Positions 9,296 to 18,698 of a stretch of 64,000 bases of DNA are shown one piece after another (positions within the stretch are counted from its first letter, which is position 1; each line of letters opens with the position of its first letter). The notes beneath the pieces were generated by a model that saw only the letters and a program-made list of their open reading frames with translations, was not told where the DNA came from and did not search any database. Source of the stretch: an uncultured Acidobacteriota bacterium (GTDB lineage: Bacteria; Acidobacteriota; Thermoanaerobaculia; UBA5066); NCBI GenBank assembly GCA_937888435.1, contig CALAQS010000109.1:26039-90038 (forward strand). The letters run 5' to 3'. The translations under genes and the position numbers were made by a program.

Positions 9296-10036
9296 GTGCG
9301 CGTCTCCGGAGTGCTCCTCGCGGCCGGTGCGTCCACGCGCTTCGGTTCGCCGAAGATGCTCACGCCGGTCGGCGAGGACAGAAAGCCTTTGCTTCAGAAG
9401 GTCTGCGAGACGTGGCTGGAAGCGGGAGTCGGCGAACTCATCGTCGTTCTGGGAAAGGATGCGGACGCGATTCGAGAGCGCCTCGGAGATTTCTCATATG
9501 CGGCGGCTGCTGATGCAGCCGCCGATAGCAGAAAATCTGGTGGCCGGAAGCCGGCTGTCAAGGGCGCGCGCAGCGCGCCGCTCCGCGGTCAAAGACCCTT
9601 GACAGCCGGTTTCCGGCCGCACATCCCGCGATTCGTCCAGAATCCCCGCTGGGAGGCAGGGATGTTTTCTTCTGTGAAAGCGGGCCTCGCCGCGACGGCC
9701 GCCAACTCGACGCACATCGCCCTCTCCCCTGCGGATCTTCCCTTTCTCAGCAAAGAATCCATTCGAACGGTGCTTTCGGCAGTGGCGTCACTCGATGCAG
9801 GCGGATCGAGCCTCGTCGTCCCCACGCACGCCGGCCGGCGCGGGCACCCGCTCTTGATCCCCGCGGCGCTGCGCTCGCGGCTCCTCTCATGGCCCGATTC
9901 CGCGCGGCTCAACCAGCTCTTCGACGAGCCCGACGTCACGGTCCACCCCCTCGAAGGTTTCGACGAGACGATTCTTCGCGACGTCGATACGCCGAACGAT
10001 CTCTTCGCGTCTCTTCCATCCTCTTTTTCCTTCTGA
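9296..10036 (+). CDS. MobA/MocA-like molybdenum cofactor nucleotidyltransferase (probable cytidylyltransferase) with an internal low-complexity insertion.
   Basis: N-terminal LLAAGASTRFG nucleotide-binding motif and NPRWEAGMFSS motif. A 40-aa Ala/Arg-rich insert is encoded by two DNA hairpins (9501-9524, 9542-9618). GTG start. Confidence 0.78.
   Translation: MRVSGVLLAAGASTRFGSPKMLTPVGEDRKPLLQKVCETWLEAGVGELIVVLGKDADAIRERLGDFSYAAAADAAADSRKSGGRKPAVKGARSAPLRGQRPLTAGFRPHIPRFVQNPRWEAGMFSSVKAGLAATAANSTHIALSPADLPFLSKESIRTVLSAVASLDAGGSSLVVPTHAGRRGHPLLIPAALRSRLLSWPDSARLNQLFDEPDVTVHPLEGFDETILRDVDTPNDLFASLPSSFSF
9501..9618 (+). repeat. Two consecutive in-frame hairpin-forming inverted repeats inside mocA (10-bp perfect stem at 9501-9524, and a 23-bp arm inverted repeat at 9542-9564/9596-9618 around a GCGCGC palindrome).
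   Basis: CGGCGGCTGC tgat GCAGCCGCCG, then GGCCGGAAGCCGGCTGTCAAGGG ... CCCTTGACAGCCGGTTTCCGGCC (22/23 complementary). Together they encode the AAAADAAADSRKSGGRKPAVKGARSAPLRGQRPLTAGFRP insert. Confidence 0.8.
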
Positions 10037-10060
10037 GAAATCCTATTCTCGTCTCTCCCC

Positions 10061-10849
10061 ATGAGTAGCCGACTCCTCACAGAACTTCCCGCCCTCCTGG
10101 AGAAGCAGGGCCGCGTCGCCATGGCGACCGTCGTTTCGGCCGTGGGCTCGACGCCGCGCGAAACGACCGCCCGGATGCTCGTCCTAGCGGACGGATCGAC
10201 CGTAGGGACGATCGGGGGCGGGAAGTTCGAATCGCTCGTTGTCGCGGACGCACGGAAGCTCCTCGACTCCCGCGGCCTTCCTTTCACCCGCGACTACGAC
10301 TTCGTGCCGACGGGAGAGAACTCTTTCGGCGCGGTCTGCGGCGGAACCGCCACCGTCCTTCTCGAAGTCGTCGAGCGCGCGCCGCATCTCCTCGTCGTCG
10401 GCGCGGGCCACTGCGGGCGCGCGCTCGCGCGCGTCGCGCGCTTAACGGGATGGGACGTGACCGTGGCCGACGAAAGGTCCGCGCAGCTCGATCCGGCAGC
10501 GTTCCCGGAGGGAGTGCGGCTGGTGCAGGTGAAGGACGATTACTCGGATCTGCCCCTCCCCGCTCCGCTCGACTCGGTCGCCATCGTCTCGCGCGGCCAC
10601 GTGACGGACGGACAGGCGTTCCGGCGCCTTCGCGGCGTTCCGCTCGCGTATCTCGGGATGATCGGCAGCAAGGCCAAGCGAAAGGCCCTCTTCGACGAGC
10701 TGCGTGCCGAGGGGTTTTCCGAGGAGGAGCTCGCCCGGGCGCACAGCCCCATCGGCCTCCCTATTGGCGCCGAGTCGCCGGAGGAGATTGCCATTTCAAT
10801 CGTCGCGGAGCTCATCGCCAGCCGGCGCGGGGCCGGCGACCGGAGGTGA
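10061..10849 (+). CDS. XdhC/CoxI-family molybdoenzyme maturation factor.
   Basis: XdhC_CoxI N-domain (ATVVSAVGSTPRETTARM) and a Rossmann-like C-domain (LLVVGAGHCGRALA). Confidence 0.85.
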   Translation: MSSRLLTELPALLEKQGRVAMATVVSAVGSTPRETTARMLVLADGSTVGTIGGGKFESLVVADARKLLDSRGLPFTRDYDFVPTGENSFGAVCGGTATVLLEVVERAPHLLVVGAGHCGRALARVARLTGWDVTVADERSAQLDPAAFPEGVRLVQVKDDYSDLPLPAPLDSVAIVSRGHVTDGQAFRRLRGVPLAYLGMIGSKAKRKALFDELRAEGFSEEELARAHSPIGLPIGAESPEEIAISIVAELIASRRGAGDRR

Positions 10850-12357
10850 GAGGCCTTCCGAAGCCCCGCGGCCGCGTCCTCATCCTTGCCGCCCTCTCCG
10901 CCGCGGCGTTCGCGTACGCCGCAGTCCGAGCGGTCCGGGTCCCGATCGTCCACGACGAAGCCCTCACGTACTTCCTCTTCGTAGCCGGGCGGCACGCCGG
11001 CCCCCTCGCCCCCGGCTTCGAGGCGAACAATCACTTCCTGAACTCCGTCCTGACGGCAGCGTCCCGGCAGCTCTTCGGGGAAGGCGAGGTGGCTCTCCGG
11101 CTTCCGAATCTCCTCTCCCTGCCCCTCTATCTCGCGGCGACGGCGCACCTCGCTCTCCGACAGCGGACGGCCGCGCTCACGGTGGCGGCGTTCCTCCTCC
11201 TCAACGGCAGCGCCTTTGCCCTGGAGTTCTTCTCACTCTCCCGCGGGTACGGCCTGGGCCTCGCGTTCCTCGCGTCGGGCGTGGCGCTGTTCGTCGACGC
11301 TCTCGAAGGACGGGGAGCCGCGACGGCACGGGCGGGTCTCGCGTTCCTTTGTCTCGGGCTCGCGTCGCTCGCAAACCTCTCTTTTCTCCTTCCGCTCGCG
11401 GCCGCCGTGGCGGCCGGGACCGCCTTGGAAGCGTGGCGACGATTCGCGCGCAGCCGCCCGGGAGCTCCGGCCCTCCGCGAAACGCCGTCCCTCCTCGTCC
11501 CTCTCACGCTGTCCCTTCCGTTCCTGATCGTCCTCGTCCCGTACGCGACAGAGATGTCGCGAAAGGGCGGATTCAGCATGGGGGGCTCGAGGGGCCTCTG
11601 GTCCGACACCGCCGTCTCCCTGCTTGCCGTGCTCCGGAACCTCCCGCCCGAGGAGGCGCCCCGCGCTCCCCTCCTGGAGGCGGTCCTCGCCGCGGTTCTT
11701 CTCCTCCTGGCCGTAGCAGTCCTCGTCCGGCCGGGCCGGCTCTCGCCCCTTTCTCTCGTTCCGGCCTCCCTCCTAGCCCTCACGGCGGCGGGCATCGAGC
11801 TGGCAGGCCGACTCCTCGGCGCCCGGTATCCCGTCGAGCGGGCCGCTCTCCCGGTCCAGTTCCTTTTCCTCGCGGCGGCGACCGGCGTCGCGGGGGACTG
11901 GGTCGCAAAGAGGAGATCGGGCTGGAAGCCGGCCTCCGCCGCCGCACTTATTTCGGCGGCTCTCGCCGTCGTCGCGTTCGCCGCCGCCGCCGGGACTACG
12001 CACACCCTCCTTTGGCGATACGACGCCGACAACCCCCGGATGCTGGACGACCTCGACCGGGCGCGCCGCGAGCGCGGCTTCGCCCGACCCGTGCGCCTCG
12101 GGATCACCTGGCTCATGGAACCGTCGATCAACTACTACCGCTTCCGCCGCGGTCTCGACTGGCTCCTCCCCGTGACCCGGCGCGGCCTGGCGGACCGGGA
12201 CCCGGATTTCTGCTACTGGACGCCGAAGGACGACGACGTGGCCAGGGCTCTCGACCTCGCGGCGCCGACGGTTTATCCCGTCTCGGGGAACCGCCTCGCC
12301 GCGCGCGGTCAGGCCCGCGCGGGGACTGCAGCGTACACCGGCGTGAGCCAGCCATAG
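10846..12357 (+). CDS. Polytopic membrane protein, GT-C (ArnT/PMT, GT39/83-like) glycosyltransferase fold candidate.
   Basis: GTG overlapping the xdhC stop. Has 10 or more hydrophobic segments and an HDEALTY DE-motif in the first loop. The 3' end overlaps the convergent ilvE by ~49 nt, so the exact end is uncertain. Confidence 0.55.
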   Translation: MRGLPKPRGRVLILAALSAAAFAYAAVRAVRVPIVHDEALTYFLFVAGRHAGPLAPGFEANNHFLNSVLTAASRQLFGEGEVALRLPNLLSLPLYLAATAHLALRQRTAALTVAAFLLLNGSAFALEFFSLSRGYGLGLAFLASGVALFVDALEGRGAATARAGLAFLCLGLASLANLSFLLPLAAAVAAGTALEAWRRFARSRPGAPALRETPSLLVPLTLSLPFLIVLVPYATEMSRKGGFSMGGSRGLWSDTAVSLLAVLRNLPPEEAPRAPLLEAVLAAVLLLLAVAVLVRPGRLSPLSLVPASLLALTAAGIELAGRLLGARYPVERAALPVQFLFLAAATGVAGDWVAKRRSGWKPASAAALISAALAVVAFAAAAGTTHTLLWRYDADNPRMLDDLDRARRERGFARPVRLGITWLMEPSINYYRFRRGLDWLLPVTRRGLADRDPDFCYWTPKDDDVARALDLAAPTVYPVSGNRLAARGQARAGTAAYTGVSQP

Positions 12358-13253
12358 CGGTCGTCGACCTTGCCCTCGACGATGTCGAAGAAGGCCTTCT
12401 GGAGGGCCTCGGTCATCGGGCCGCGCTTGCCGTTCCCGACTGGAATCCGGTCCACGGACCGGATCGGCGTGATTTCGGCGGCCGTGCCCGTGAAGAACAT
12501 CTCGTCGGCCGCGTAGATCATCTCGCGCGGTATCGTCTTCTCTTCCATCTGGAAATCGAGCTCGCGGGCGAGCTGGATGACGGAGAGGCGCGTGATGCCC
12601 GGGAGCGTCGAGGCCGACAACGGCGGCGTGTAGAGGCGGCCCTTCCACACGAGGAAGAGATTCTCGCCGGACCCTTCGGAGATGCGCCCGTTGTGGTCCA
12701 TCGCGATCCCCTCGTGGTAGCCGTTCGTGATGGCCTCCATTTTGATTAGCTGGCTGTTCGCGTAGTTCGCCGTGGCCTTCGCCATCGCGGGCATCGTGTT
12801 CGGCGCGATGCGCATCCAGGACGAGCAGCAGGCATCGACTCCCTGCTCGAGCGAGTCGGCACCGAGGTACCTGCCCCACTCGTAGCACCCGATCGCGACG
12901 TCCACCGGGTTCGGGAACGGGTTGACGCCGAGCGAGCCGTACCCGCGATAGACGAGCGGCCGGATGTAGCAGGCCTTGAAGCCATTCGCGCGAACGACCT
13001 CGAGCGTCGCCTCGCGGAGCTCCTCGACCGTGAACGGGATCGTCATCCGGTAGATCTTCGCGGACCAGAAAAGCCGGTCGAGATGCTCGTCGAGCCGGAA
13101 GATCGCCGATCCGCGGGCCGTGTCGTAGCAGCGCTCACCTTCGAAGACGCCGGACCCGTAATGAAGGGCGTGCGTGAAGATGGAGATCTTCGCGTCGGCG
13201 AGGTCCACCAGCTTCCCGTTCATCCAGACCTTCTTGACGTTCTCGAAGCTCAT
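12309..13253 (-). CDS. ilvE: Branched-chain amino acid aminotransferase.
   Basis: 314-aa class IV aminotransferase with the conserved EGSGENLFLV region and PLP-fold motifs. Confidence 0.9.
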   Translation of the reverse strand: MSFENVKKVWMNGKLVDLADAKISIFTHALHYGSGVFEGERCYDTARGSAIFRLDEHLDRLFWSAKIYRMTIPFTVEELREATLEVVRANGFKACYIRPLVYRGYGSLGVNPFPNPVDVAIGCYEWGRYLGADSLEQGVDACCSSWMRIAPNTMPAMAKATANYANSQLIKMEAITNGYHEGIAMDHNGRISEGSGENLFLVWKGRLYTPPLSASTLPGITRLSVIQLARELDFQMEEKTIPREMIYAADEMFFTGTAAEITPIRSVDRIPVGNGKRGPMTEALQKAFFDIVEGKVDDRYGWLTPVYAAVPARA

Positions 13254-13317
13254 GAGGCCCTCCGTCGCCGATCCGTCGGAATCCTAACCGAAACGGGCCG
13301 TGCGCTCCGGAGCGGAT

Positions 13318-14070
13318 TCAGGCGAGATCGACCAACCGCGCGAGCGCCACGACCACGGCCGTCTCGAGCCGGAGAATGCGGGGGCCCAGCGAGAGGAAGA
13401 CCGAAGATTTTTCTGCGAATGAGGAGAACTCGGCCGGAGTAAACCCACCCTCGGGGCCGATGGCAACGACTACGCCGAGGAGCGGCGCGAACGAGGCGAT
13501 GTGCGCTTCCCCGGGGTCCGCGACGATCAGGGTCTCCCCACTTAAACCTCCGAGAAATTCTTCGGTGCTCTTCGGACCCTCCACGAAGGGCACGATCGTC
13601 CGGTCGCACTGCTTCGTCGCCTCTTCCGCGATCCGGATCAGCCGCGGGATCCTCTTCGAAAGCGCCGCGACGTGAGAGCGCTGCGAGCGCTCGGCGTCGA
13701 GGAGAACGAAGCCTGCGGCGCCGCATTCCGTGCCTTTCTCGATCGCCCATTCGACGCGCGCGGGCTCGGCGCACGCAAGGAGCACCGTCACGCTGTTCGC
13801 GGGCTCACCGGGAAGAAGAGAAGGCGAAGAGGAAGACTCCTCAAATGAAAGATGGGCGACCGCCGTCCCGCTCCGGGTCAGCTTTCCGCGCGCCCTGAGG
13901 CCCTTTCCGTCGAGCACGACGACCTCGTCGCCATCGCGCAGCCGTCGGGATCGGACGTGGTCTTTCTCTTCCCTTCTAAGAAGAATTTCGTCCTCTTCGG
14001 GCGCGGCCCTGTGCGCCGCCAGCTCCGGCACGAGCACGCGCGGCGGGCGCGCGAGGAGGTTCTCACCCAT
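13318..14070 (-). CDS. rsmE: 16S rRNA (uracil1498-N3)-methyltransferase RsmE.
   Basis: RsmE-family PUA-like N-domain and SPOUT C-domain (VVVAIGPEGGFTPAE). Confidence 0.82.
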   Translation of the reverse strand: MGENLLARPPRVLVPELAAHRAAPEEDEILLRREEKDHVRSRRLRDGDEVVVLDGKGLRARGKLTRSGTAVAHLSFEESSSSPSLLPGEPANSVTVLLACAEPARVEWAIEKGTECGAAGFVLLDAERSQRSHVAALSKRIPRLIRIAEEATKQCDRTIVPFVEGPKSTEEFLGGLSGETLIVADPGEAHIASFAPLLGVVVAIGPEGGFTPAEFSSFAEKSSVFLSLGPRILRLETAVVVALARLVDLA

Positions 14071-14938
14071 TCGAAGAAATCCATGCCGACCCGAACCACT
14101 CGTTTTCCGTCAGAGAACGAAGCTGACGAAAGCCGCCTTTCGAAAGCAATCCTTCCCACTCTTCTCTTCTCTCGACGAGCTGGCCGGAGCACAGCAGCTT
14201 CCCCTCCGGCGCGAGGCGTACGCGCAGCGCCGGAAGGAGTGGCCCGATCTCTTCGTGGATCATGTTCGCGACGATGACGTCGAACCGAGCCTCGTCACGT
14301 AGCGCCTGGATAGGACCGGCGAATGCGCAAAAGCGCGGAATACCGTTCGCGCGCGCTTGCTCGCGCGTCGCGAAGGCGGCGTGAGGGTCGACGTCGAATG
14401 CCACGACGTGGCGTGCGCCTTCCAGCGCGGCGACGAACGCGAGCGTCCCGGTTCCGCAGCCCGCGTCGAGGACGCGCGCGCGGCGCAGGTCCTCCGAGAG
14501 AAGGAGACGCACGGCGAGACGTGTGGACTCGTGCGAGCCGGTCCCGAAGGCGCGAACGGCCGGAAGAAAGAGCCGGCGAACGCCCGGCGGCGGCGCCGTG
14601 GCGAGATCGGCGTCGTGGGGGTCGAAGAGATAACGGTCCACGAGGACGGCTCTCCGAAGGGCGGCCGACTCGGCGACCCAGTCGGTGGATTTTTCTTCGA
14701 AGGTGGAAAGGCCGCAAGCGCCGAGCGCAGCGAGTCCCGTCAGGGCAGCCTCCAGGTCACGCGGCTCGACCCAGACGAGGAGCTTGCCGTCCGCCGCGAC
14801 GGTGGACGAGAACGAAAGTCCCCCTAACCCTTCTAAGAAATCCCCATGGTTCTCTTCGAACCTGGCGGCCAGTTTCGCGGGGACTTCGATACGAGTCGCC
14901 TGTGCCATGACCCAGGAGAACCGGGGGGAACACTCCAT
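14063..14938 (-). CDS. prmA: Ribosomal protein L11 methyltransferase.
   Basis: PrmA SAM-binding motif VLDAGCGTGTLAFVAALEGA and DVDPHA. Overlaps the rsmE start by 8 nt. Confidence 0.82.
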   Translation of the reverse strand: MECSPRFSWVMAQATRIEVPAKLAARFEENHGDFLEGLGGLSFSSTVAADGKLLVWVEPRDLEAALTGLAALGACGLSTFEEKSTDWVAESAALRRAVLVDRYLFDPHDADLATAPPPGVRRLFLPAVRAFGTGSHESTRLAVRLLLSEDLRRARVLDAGCGTGTLAFVAALEGARHVVAFDVDPHAAFATREQARANGIPRFCAFAGPIQALRDEARFDVIVANMIHEEIGPLLPALRVRLAPEGKLLCSGQLVERREEWEGLLSKGGFRQLRSLTENEWFGSAWISSNG

Positions 14939-14964
14939 GTCGCGTTCCCCCCGGCGCCCCTCTC

Positions 14965-16086
14965 CTACGTGCCAACGAAATCCTTCAGCCGCTCGAAGAA
15001 GCCCTTCTCGTCCTTTGTCGGCGTCCCCGACTCCGACCCAAACGCGTCCGCGAGCTTCTCCACCGCGTCACGCTGCGCGGCGTTCATCTTCTTCGGCACG
15101 CGCACGGTGAGGAGGACGTGCTGGTCGCCCTTGCCGCGGCCGTCCAGGCGCGAAATGCCTTTCCCCTTGAGCGTGAAAACGCGGCCCGCGGCCGTTCCGG
15201 GCGGCACGTCGAAGCTGGCGTCTCCGTGGAGTGTCGGGACGCGCAGCGTGCCGCCGAGCGCCGCGAAGTGGAACGGCACGGCCCAGGTGAGAACCACGTC
15301 GAAGCCGTCGCGCCGGAACTGCTCGTGCGACGCGACCGACACGAACACGTAGAGATCGCCGGGACGTCCGCCCCGCCGGCCCGAGTTGCCCTCCCCGGTG
15401 AGACGCAGCCGCGCGCCGTCGTCCACACCGGGGGGGATCGCCACCGTGAGCGTTCGCGCGCGGCGCGTGCGGCCGTCGCCACGACACTCGGGACACGGGT
15501 CCTTGACGCGCTCGCCGGAGCCCTCGCAGTCGGGACACGGGCGGGCGAGGGCGAAGAAGCCCTGCCGGTACTGGACGCGGCCCTGGCCCCGGCACGTCGG
15601 GCACGTGGCGGGCGCGGCCCCGCCGCGGCCTCCGCGCCCCTCGCAGGCATCGCAACGTTCGTGGCGCTGGATCGGGAGCGAAACCTCCGAGCCGAAGGCG
15701 GCGCTCTCGAAAGAAAGGGTGACCTCGGCCTTCAGGTCCTCGCCGTTGCGCCGGCCTCCACGCGCGTCTCCCCCCGCCGCGAAGCCGAACAGGTCGCCGA
15801 GAATGTCGGCGAAGTCCACGAACTGTGTCGGGTCGAACCCCGGGCCGCCCGCGCCCCGTACCCCATCGTGCCCGAAGCGGTCGTAGCGCTCTCGCTTTTC
15901 GGCGTCCGAAAGGACGGAGTAGGCCTCGGCCGCCGCCTTGAACTTCTCTTCGGCGCCCTCGTCCTCGGGGTTCTTGTCGGGATGGTGCTTCAGCGCCGCC
16001 CTGCGATAGGCGGCCTTGATCTCTTCGGTGGAGGCGGTTCGCCCCACACCGAGAACCTCGTAGTAGTCGCGAACGGATGTACTCAC
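14965..16086 (-). CDS. dnaJ: Molecular chaperone DnaJ.
   Basis: J-domain with HPD (KHHPDKNP), a Gly-rich region and four CxxCxGxG zinc-finger repeats. Confidence 0.95.
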   Translation of the reverse strand: MSTSVRDYYEVLGVGRTASTEEIKAAYRRAALKHHPDKNPEDEGAEEKFKAAAEAYSVLSDAEKRERYDRFGHDGVRGAGGPGFDPTQFVDFADILGDLFGFAAGGDARGGRRNGEDLKAEVTLSFESAAFGSEVSLPIQRHERCDACEGRGGRGGAAPATCPTCRGQGRVQYRQGFFALARPCPDCEGSGERVKDPCPECRGDGRTRRARTLTVAIPPGVDDGARLRLTGEGNSGRRGGRPGDLYVFVSVASHEQFRRDGFDVVLTWAVPFHFAALGGTLRVPTLHGDASFDVPPGTAAGRVFTLKGKGISRLDGRGKGDQHVLLTVRVPKKMNAAQRDAVEKLADAFGSESGTPTKDEKGFFERLKDFVGT

Positions 16087-16109
16087 GGCAGACTGCTACG
16101 GCGCGGGAG

Positions 16110-17960
16110 TCAGGCCGGTTTCTCCGCGCCGTCTCCCCGCCGCTCCTTGGACTCGGGCTTGTAGAGCATGGCCTGCGTGAGAATGCGCGAAACGCCTTTC
16201 ATATCGATCATCGCGTCGTCGATGGGACCCCGCTCCTCGCCCGTCAGGACCTCGCGCGCGTTCTCGAGCGTGCGCTGGACGCGGTCCTTCTCATCGGGCT
16301 GCAGGAGGTTACCGAACTCGCGAAAGATGCGGTCGTTCCCCGCGATCATTCCCTCGAGCTTGTTCTTCAGCTGGCGCAGCTCCTTGCGCTTCGTGTCGGC
16401 CGCCTTGTTCGCGGCGGCCTCCTCGATGATCTTCTCGATCTCGGTCTGTGACAGGCCGCCGGCCGGATTGATTTGAAGGCCTTGCGCCTTTCCCGTAGCC
16501 AGGTCCTTCGCCGATACGTTCACGATTCCCGAGGAGTCGATCGCGAACGTGACCTCGATCTGGGGGACGCCTTTCGCCGCCGCCGGGATGCCGACGAGCT
16601 GGAACTTGCCGAGGGATTTGTTCTCCTTGGCGATGTCGCGCTCGCCCTGCAGGACGTGGATCTCGACGGTCGTCTGGTTGTCCGCGACCGTCGTGAAAAT
16701 CTGCGTGTTCTTCGTCGGGATCGTCGAGTTGCGTTCGATGAGCTTGACGAAGATGCCCCCGTGCGTCTCGAGGCCGAGCGAAAGCGGGGTGACGTCCAGA
16801 AGAACGAGGTCCTTGATGTCCCCTCGCAGGACGCCTGCCTGGATCGCGGCGCCGACGGCCACGACCTCGTCCGGGTTGATCGAGCGGTTCGGCGGCTTCC
16901 CGAAGATCGTCTCGACCATCTGCTGGACCTTCGGCGTGCGCGTCTGACCGCCGACGAGGATGATGGTATCGACCTGCTCGGGCTTGAGGCCGGCCGCTTC
17001 GAGGGCGTTTCGGCACGGGCCCTCGGTGCGCTGGATGAGGTCGGCCGCGAGCGCCTCGAACGTGTCGCGCGTCAGGAGCTTGTTGATGTGCTTGGGGCCT
17101 GAAGCGTCCGACGCGATGAACGGGAGCGCGATCATCGTCTCGAGCGCCGTCGACAGCTCGCACTTCGCCTTCTCGGCGGCCTCCTTGAGCCTCTGGAGCG
17201 CGAGGCGGTCCTGTCTCAGGTCTATGCCCGTCTGCGTCAGGAACTCGGCGAGAAGCCAGTCCATGATGGTCCGGTCGAAGTCCTCGCCGCCCAGGAACGT
17301 GTCACCCGACGTCGCGAGCACCTCGAACATGCCGTTGTCGATGCGCAGGATCGAGATGTCGAACGTGCCGCCGCCGAGGTCGTAGACGGCGATCGTCTCC
17401 TGCTTGCGGTTCTTCTCGAGCCCGTACGCGAGCGCGGCCGCCGTGGGCTCGTTGATGATGCGGAGCACCTCGAGGCCCGCGATGCGGCCCGCGTCGCGCG
17501 TGGCCTGGCGCTGGGAGTCGTCGAAATAAGCCGGGACCGTGATGATCGCTTCCTTGATCTCCTCGCCGAGCGCCTCTTCGCAGAATTCCTTGATCTCGCG
17601 CAACGTGAACGAAGAAATCTCTTCGGGCGAATAGTCCCGGTCGCGTACCTGGATCTTCACGTCGCCGTTCGGAGCTTCGACGAGCGCATAGGAAAGGTGC
17701 TCGCGCGCGTGCTTGACGTTGGCATCCGACATCTTGCGACCGATGAGCCGCTTCACGGCGTAAATCGTCTGCGTCGGATTCGTGATCGCCTGGCGCTTGG
17801 CGATCTGGCCGACGAGCCGCTCGCCGTCTTCCGTGAAGCCCACGATCGAAGGCGTCGTCCGGGCGCCCTCGCGGTTCGGGACGACCTGGGGCGAGCCGAC
17901 TTCGACGACGGCCACGCACGAATTCGTCGTGCCGAGATCGATGCCGAGAACCTTACCCAC
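16110..17960 (-). CDS. dnaK: Molecular chaperone DnaK (Hsp70).
   Basis: 616-aa ORF with Hsp70 signatures ([22 protein letters not shown]). Confidence 0.97.
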   Translation of the reverse strand: MGKVLGIDLGTTNSCVAVVEVGSPQVVPNREGARTTPSIVGFTEDGERLVGQIAKRQAITNPTQTIYAVKRLIGRKMSDANVKHAREHLSYALVEAPNGDVKIQVRDRDYSPEEISSFTLREIKEFCEEALGEEIKEAIITVPAYFDDSQRQATRDAGRIAGLEVLRIINEPTAAALAYGLEKNRKQETIAVYDLGGGTFDISILRIDNGMFEVLATSGDTFLGGEDFDRTIMDWLLAEFLTQTGIDLRQDRLALQRLKEAAEKAKCELSTALETMIALPFIASDASGPKHINKLLTRDTFEALAADLIQRTEGPCRNALEAAGLKPEQVDTIILVGGQTRTPKVQQMVETIFGKPPNRSINPDEVVAVGAAIQAGVLRGDIKDLVLLDVTPLSLGLETHGGIFVKLIERNSTIPTKNTQIFTTVADNQTTVEIHVLQGERDIAKENKSLGKFQLVGIPAAAKGVPQIEVTFAIDSSGIVNVSAKDLATGKAQGLQINPAGGLSQTEIEKIIEEAAANKAADTKRKELRQLKNKLEGMIAGNDRIFREFGNLLQPDEKDRVQRTLENAREVLTGEERGPIDDAMIDMKGVSRILTQAMLYKPESKERRGDGAEKPA

Positions 17961-17975
17961 GTGGCGCCTCCTGGC

Positions 17976-18698
17976 TCATCCCTTAGCCTCCCCGGCGGCC
18001 CGGGGTGCCGCAACCTTCACGCGCGCGGGCCGCAGGAGCCGGTCGTTGAGAAGGTACCCTTTCTGGAGTACCTCGAGCACCGTGCCCGGCGCGACGGATT
18101 CCGTCTCTTCGCGCACGACGGCCTCGTGAACGTTCGGGTCGAACGGAAGGCCCGAGGCTGGCACCTCCCCGACGCCGTACTTTTTGAGCGTATCGGCCAG
18201 CTGCCTCGCGATCATGTCGATGCCCGCGTGGAATTCGTCTCCCGTGGCGTCGGCGCGATGGGCGAGCGCGCGCTCGAAGTTGTCGACGACGCTCAGGATG
18301 TCGGCAAACGCCTCGGCGAGCGCAAACCGGAAATATTCGGCCTTGTCTTTCTCGGTCCGGCGCTTCAGGTTGTCGAAATCCGCCGACTTCCGGAGCAGCG
18401 CCTCGCGAACGCGGCCCGAGTCCTCCTCGGCGCGAAGCGCGCGTTCACGCTCTTTCGCGACCTGATCCTCGAGGACGGCCAGGCGTGGATCCGGCACCGG
18501 CGGCTTCGGCGGTGCGGGCTCGGGCTCGGGGGCCGCGACGGCGACCGGACGAGTGCCTTCGCTCTTGCGGTGCTTCTCCTCGACAACCTCGATGGCGCGC
18601 TCGGCCTCCGCGAGCGCGCGGGCGACGTCGCTGCGGCTCTCGGTCTCGAGGAAGATGATGTCTTCGTCCTCGCGGTGCGGCTTCTTCGGGCCGCTCAT
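17976..18698 (-). CDS. grpE: Nucleotide exchange factor GrpE.
   Basis: GrpE coiled-coil and C-terminal beta-domain. Position lies between hrcA and dnaK. Confidence 0.9.
   Translation of the reverse strand: MSGPKKPHREDEDIIFLETESRSDVARALAEAERAIEVVEEKHRKSEGTRPVAVAAPEPEPAPPKPPVPDPRLAVLEDQVAKERERALRAEEDSGRVREALLRKSADFDNLKRRTEKDKAEYFRFALAEAFADILSVVDNFERALAHRADATGDEFHAGIDMIARQLADTLKKYGVGEVPASGLPFDPNVHEAVVREETESVAPGTVLEVLQKGYLLNDRLLRPARVKVAAPRAAGEAKG

Noticed and set aside
12309-12357. 49-nt convergent overlap between the GT-C-like membrane protein gene and ilvE.
   Set aside because: It is probably a slight over-extension of one of the two ORFs in stop-poor GC-rich sequence. It was not treated as a feature.
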